Source: Tubiluchus corallicola
Lineage: Eukaryota; Animalia; Priapulida
Assembly: GCA_030141605.1 (NCBI GenBank)
Contig: JAQGDQ010000602.1
Location: 67,461-131,460 of the forward strand
DNA: 64,000 nt
Reading direction: 5' to 3'
Below are positions 62,465-64,000 of the stretch, one piece after another. Every line of letters begins with the position of its first letter. Positions within the stretch are counted from its first letter, which is position 1. Position numbers and translations under genes: made by a program. The notes beneath the pieces were generated by a model. It was not told the DNA's origin. It made no database searches and worked only from the letters and a program-made list of their open reading frames with translations.

Positions 62465-62943
62465 CAGTGGCCGCCGCTTATTGTGGACACCCCGGGCCAG
62501 CAGTGTATGTCCATATTAAGCGGCTGTCCATATTAAGAGAAGTGACCCATGAAGACCCTTCCCCTTCATTAAAAAAGGCAAAAAACTGTCTGTATCAACT
62601 CGTCTCCTGTTTTATTAAAAAAAAAGAAGTCAGACGAGTTTGTTTGGCAGGAAACTTTTCTCTCAACCTTGAACGGAAGGAAGTTATCACAGTTTCGACG
62701 CTCTCAAGGCCACGGCAAACGACGAACTGACTGATGCAATGACTCACACAGGCAGCAGAGCGGGAAGCTCTTTTCAATCACGCACGGCTGGTTCACGTGC
62801 CAAGAATGTTCGCTGTCCATATTAAGCGGCGGTTGTCCATATTAACCGGCGGATTTTATTAGGGGAAAATTCCGTCCCTCGCGAGTTGTCCACAACAACC
62901 GGCTGTCCACAATAACCGTGTCCATAATAAGCGGTGGCCACTG
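62465..62943 (-). mobile_element. pogo/Tigger-derived MITE
   Basis: TA|CAGTGGCCGCCGCTTATTGTGGACAC ... GTGTCCATAATAAGCGGTGGCCACTG|TA. The internal minus-strand remnant KQTRLTSFF resembles the pogo transposase C-terminal PIP box. Confidence 0.88.
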
Positions 62944-63885
62944 TAATACCTATTTCAGCTGCCTACCACAGGTTGGGTAGGCTTTGATTGGTTAGGATTA
63001 GAATCCATCATGGCAACATTGAATGCTAATTTATGAATGTAAACTGCATCAATTATCATGCTTCTTCCGAATAATAATCATAGGATGCGCTTGTCTGCTA
63101 TATCAAGTTTGGCAACTAACCATTCCAGATGTATTAAAATTTGGTTGGTAATTATGGACAGGGCTTCTATCCACTACTCAGTTCCCAATATATTTAATAG
63201 TGAGACACTTGTGTCTTATCCAAGGTACTTCAATCAGCGTAATTTAATTGCCAATCCATAATTGTGACAGACACAAAGAGTAAGACATAAGTAACAAAAC
63301 TAACAACAATAAAATATTGCGCGTTTTCGCAGTAAATGCCCGAAATGGTTGTTAAAAAAGACCGAGGAAAAAGGTTTCTGGTGTTACTTAAGACGGTGCC
63401 CGACCAGCCTCGGTTGACAACGACCGTGAAGCACGCGAAAATGGGAATTTGTCAGCTCTAACGTCTTTTTGACATTTTTAATTGCGTTTGATTGACGTTC
63501 TCGGTGTCATTTATTATTTTAAAATGTAGCAAATCTGTTGCGAAAGGAAACGATACGTAGAACAGAAATAATTTACTTTTTCCTTTAAATTGCAGGTAGG
63601 AATGTGTTTAGTGTACGAATACCACGTGGAATGATCGTGTGCGTACGTGTAGATTATTTATGTATGCGTAGATTATATTTATTTACACATCTAATAAGGC
63701 GTACAACTTAAGATGCACCTGTAAGGTCCAACAGTTAAATGTTTGAGTAATACAGTCATTTATTAACACTAGAAACACGAACTATTTAAAATTGATTATA
63801 TGCCATTATTAAATAATTATTATATGTTACTGTTATATAGGTTAACTATATACTATTTATTGTATATTTTGCCTTTATTTTTATC

Positions 63886-63999
63886 ACAACAACAACAACA
63901 ACAACAGTAGCAGCAGCAGCAACAACAACAACAACAACTACATTAGCAGCAGCAACAACAACAAGAACGACAACAACAACAACAACAACAACAACAACA
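63886..63999. repeat. (AAC)n/(AGC)n microsatellite
   Basis: Direct inspection. No upstream open coding context was found. Confidence 0.9.
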
Positions 64000-64000
64000 T

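Noticed and set aside
63886-63999. Poly-Q coding exon
   Set aside because: Preceded by AT-rich sequence with no clear acceptor or start, so a plain microsatellite is the simpler explanation.

Overview
AT-rich, intron-containing animal (invertebrate-type) genomic DNA, not prokaryotic. I assembled three spliced protein-coding genes by hand with consistent intron phases. (1) An alpha-arrestin/ARRDC gene (+, 6009-15659, 8 coding exons, 408 aa, C-terminal PPxY). (2) An unusual F-box + Cys-rich + actin-fold fusion gene (-, 36769-24661, 8 exons, about 590 aa), an architecture best known from plant ARP8. (3) An SQ-rich coiled-coil gene resembling meiotic IHO1/CCDC36 (-, about 59629-43837). The rest is a dense mobile-element landscape: a full-length but broken THAP/P-element (63-bp TIRs, perfect 8-bp TSD), hAT and Tc1/pogo MITEs, LINE fragments, tRNA-derived modules, a Penelope-like foldback with a minimal hammerhead motif, and many minisatellites. 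The most notable observations are the F-box-actin gene, tandem arrays built from an exon end plus its splice donor in two different genes, a hidden 349-codon Leu-Gly-Gly repeat frame inside an intron, and a 213-bp inverted copy that looks like a templated insertion. All calls are by eye and no database searches were run.
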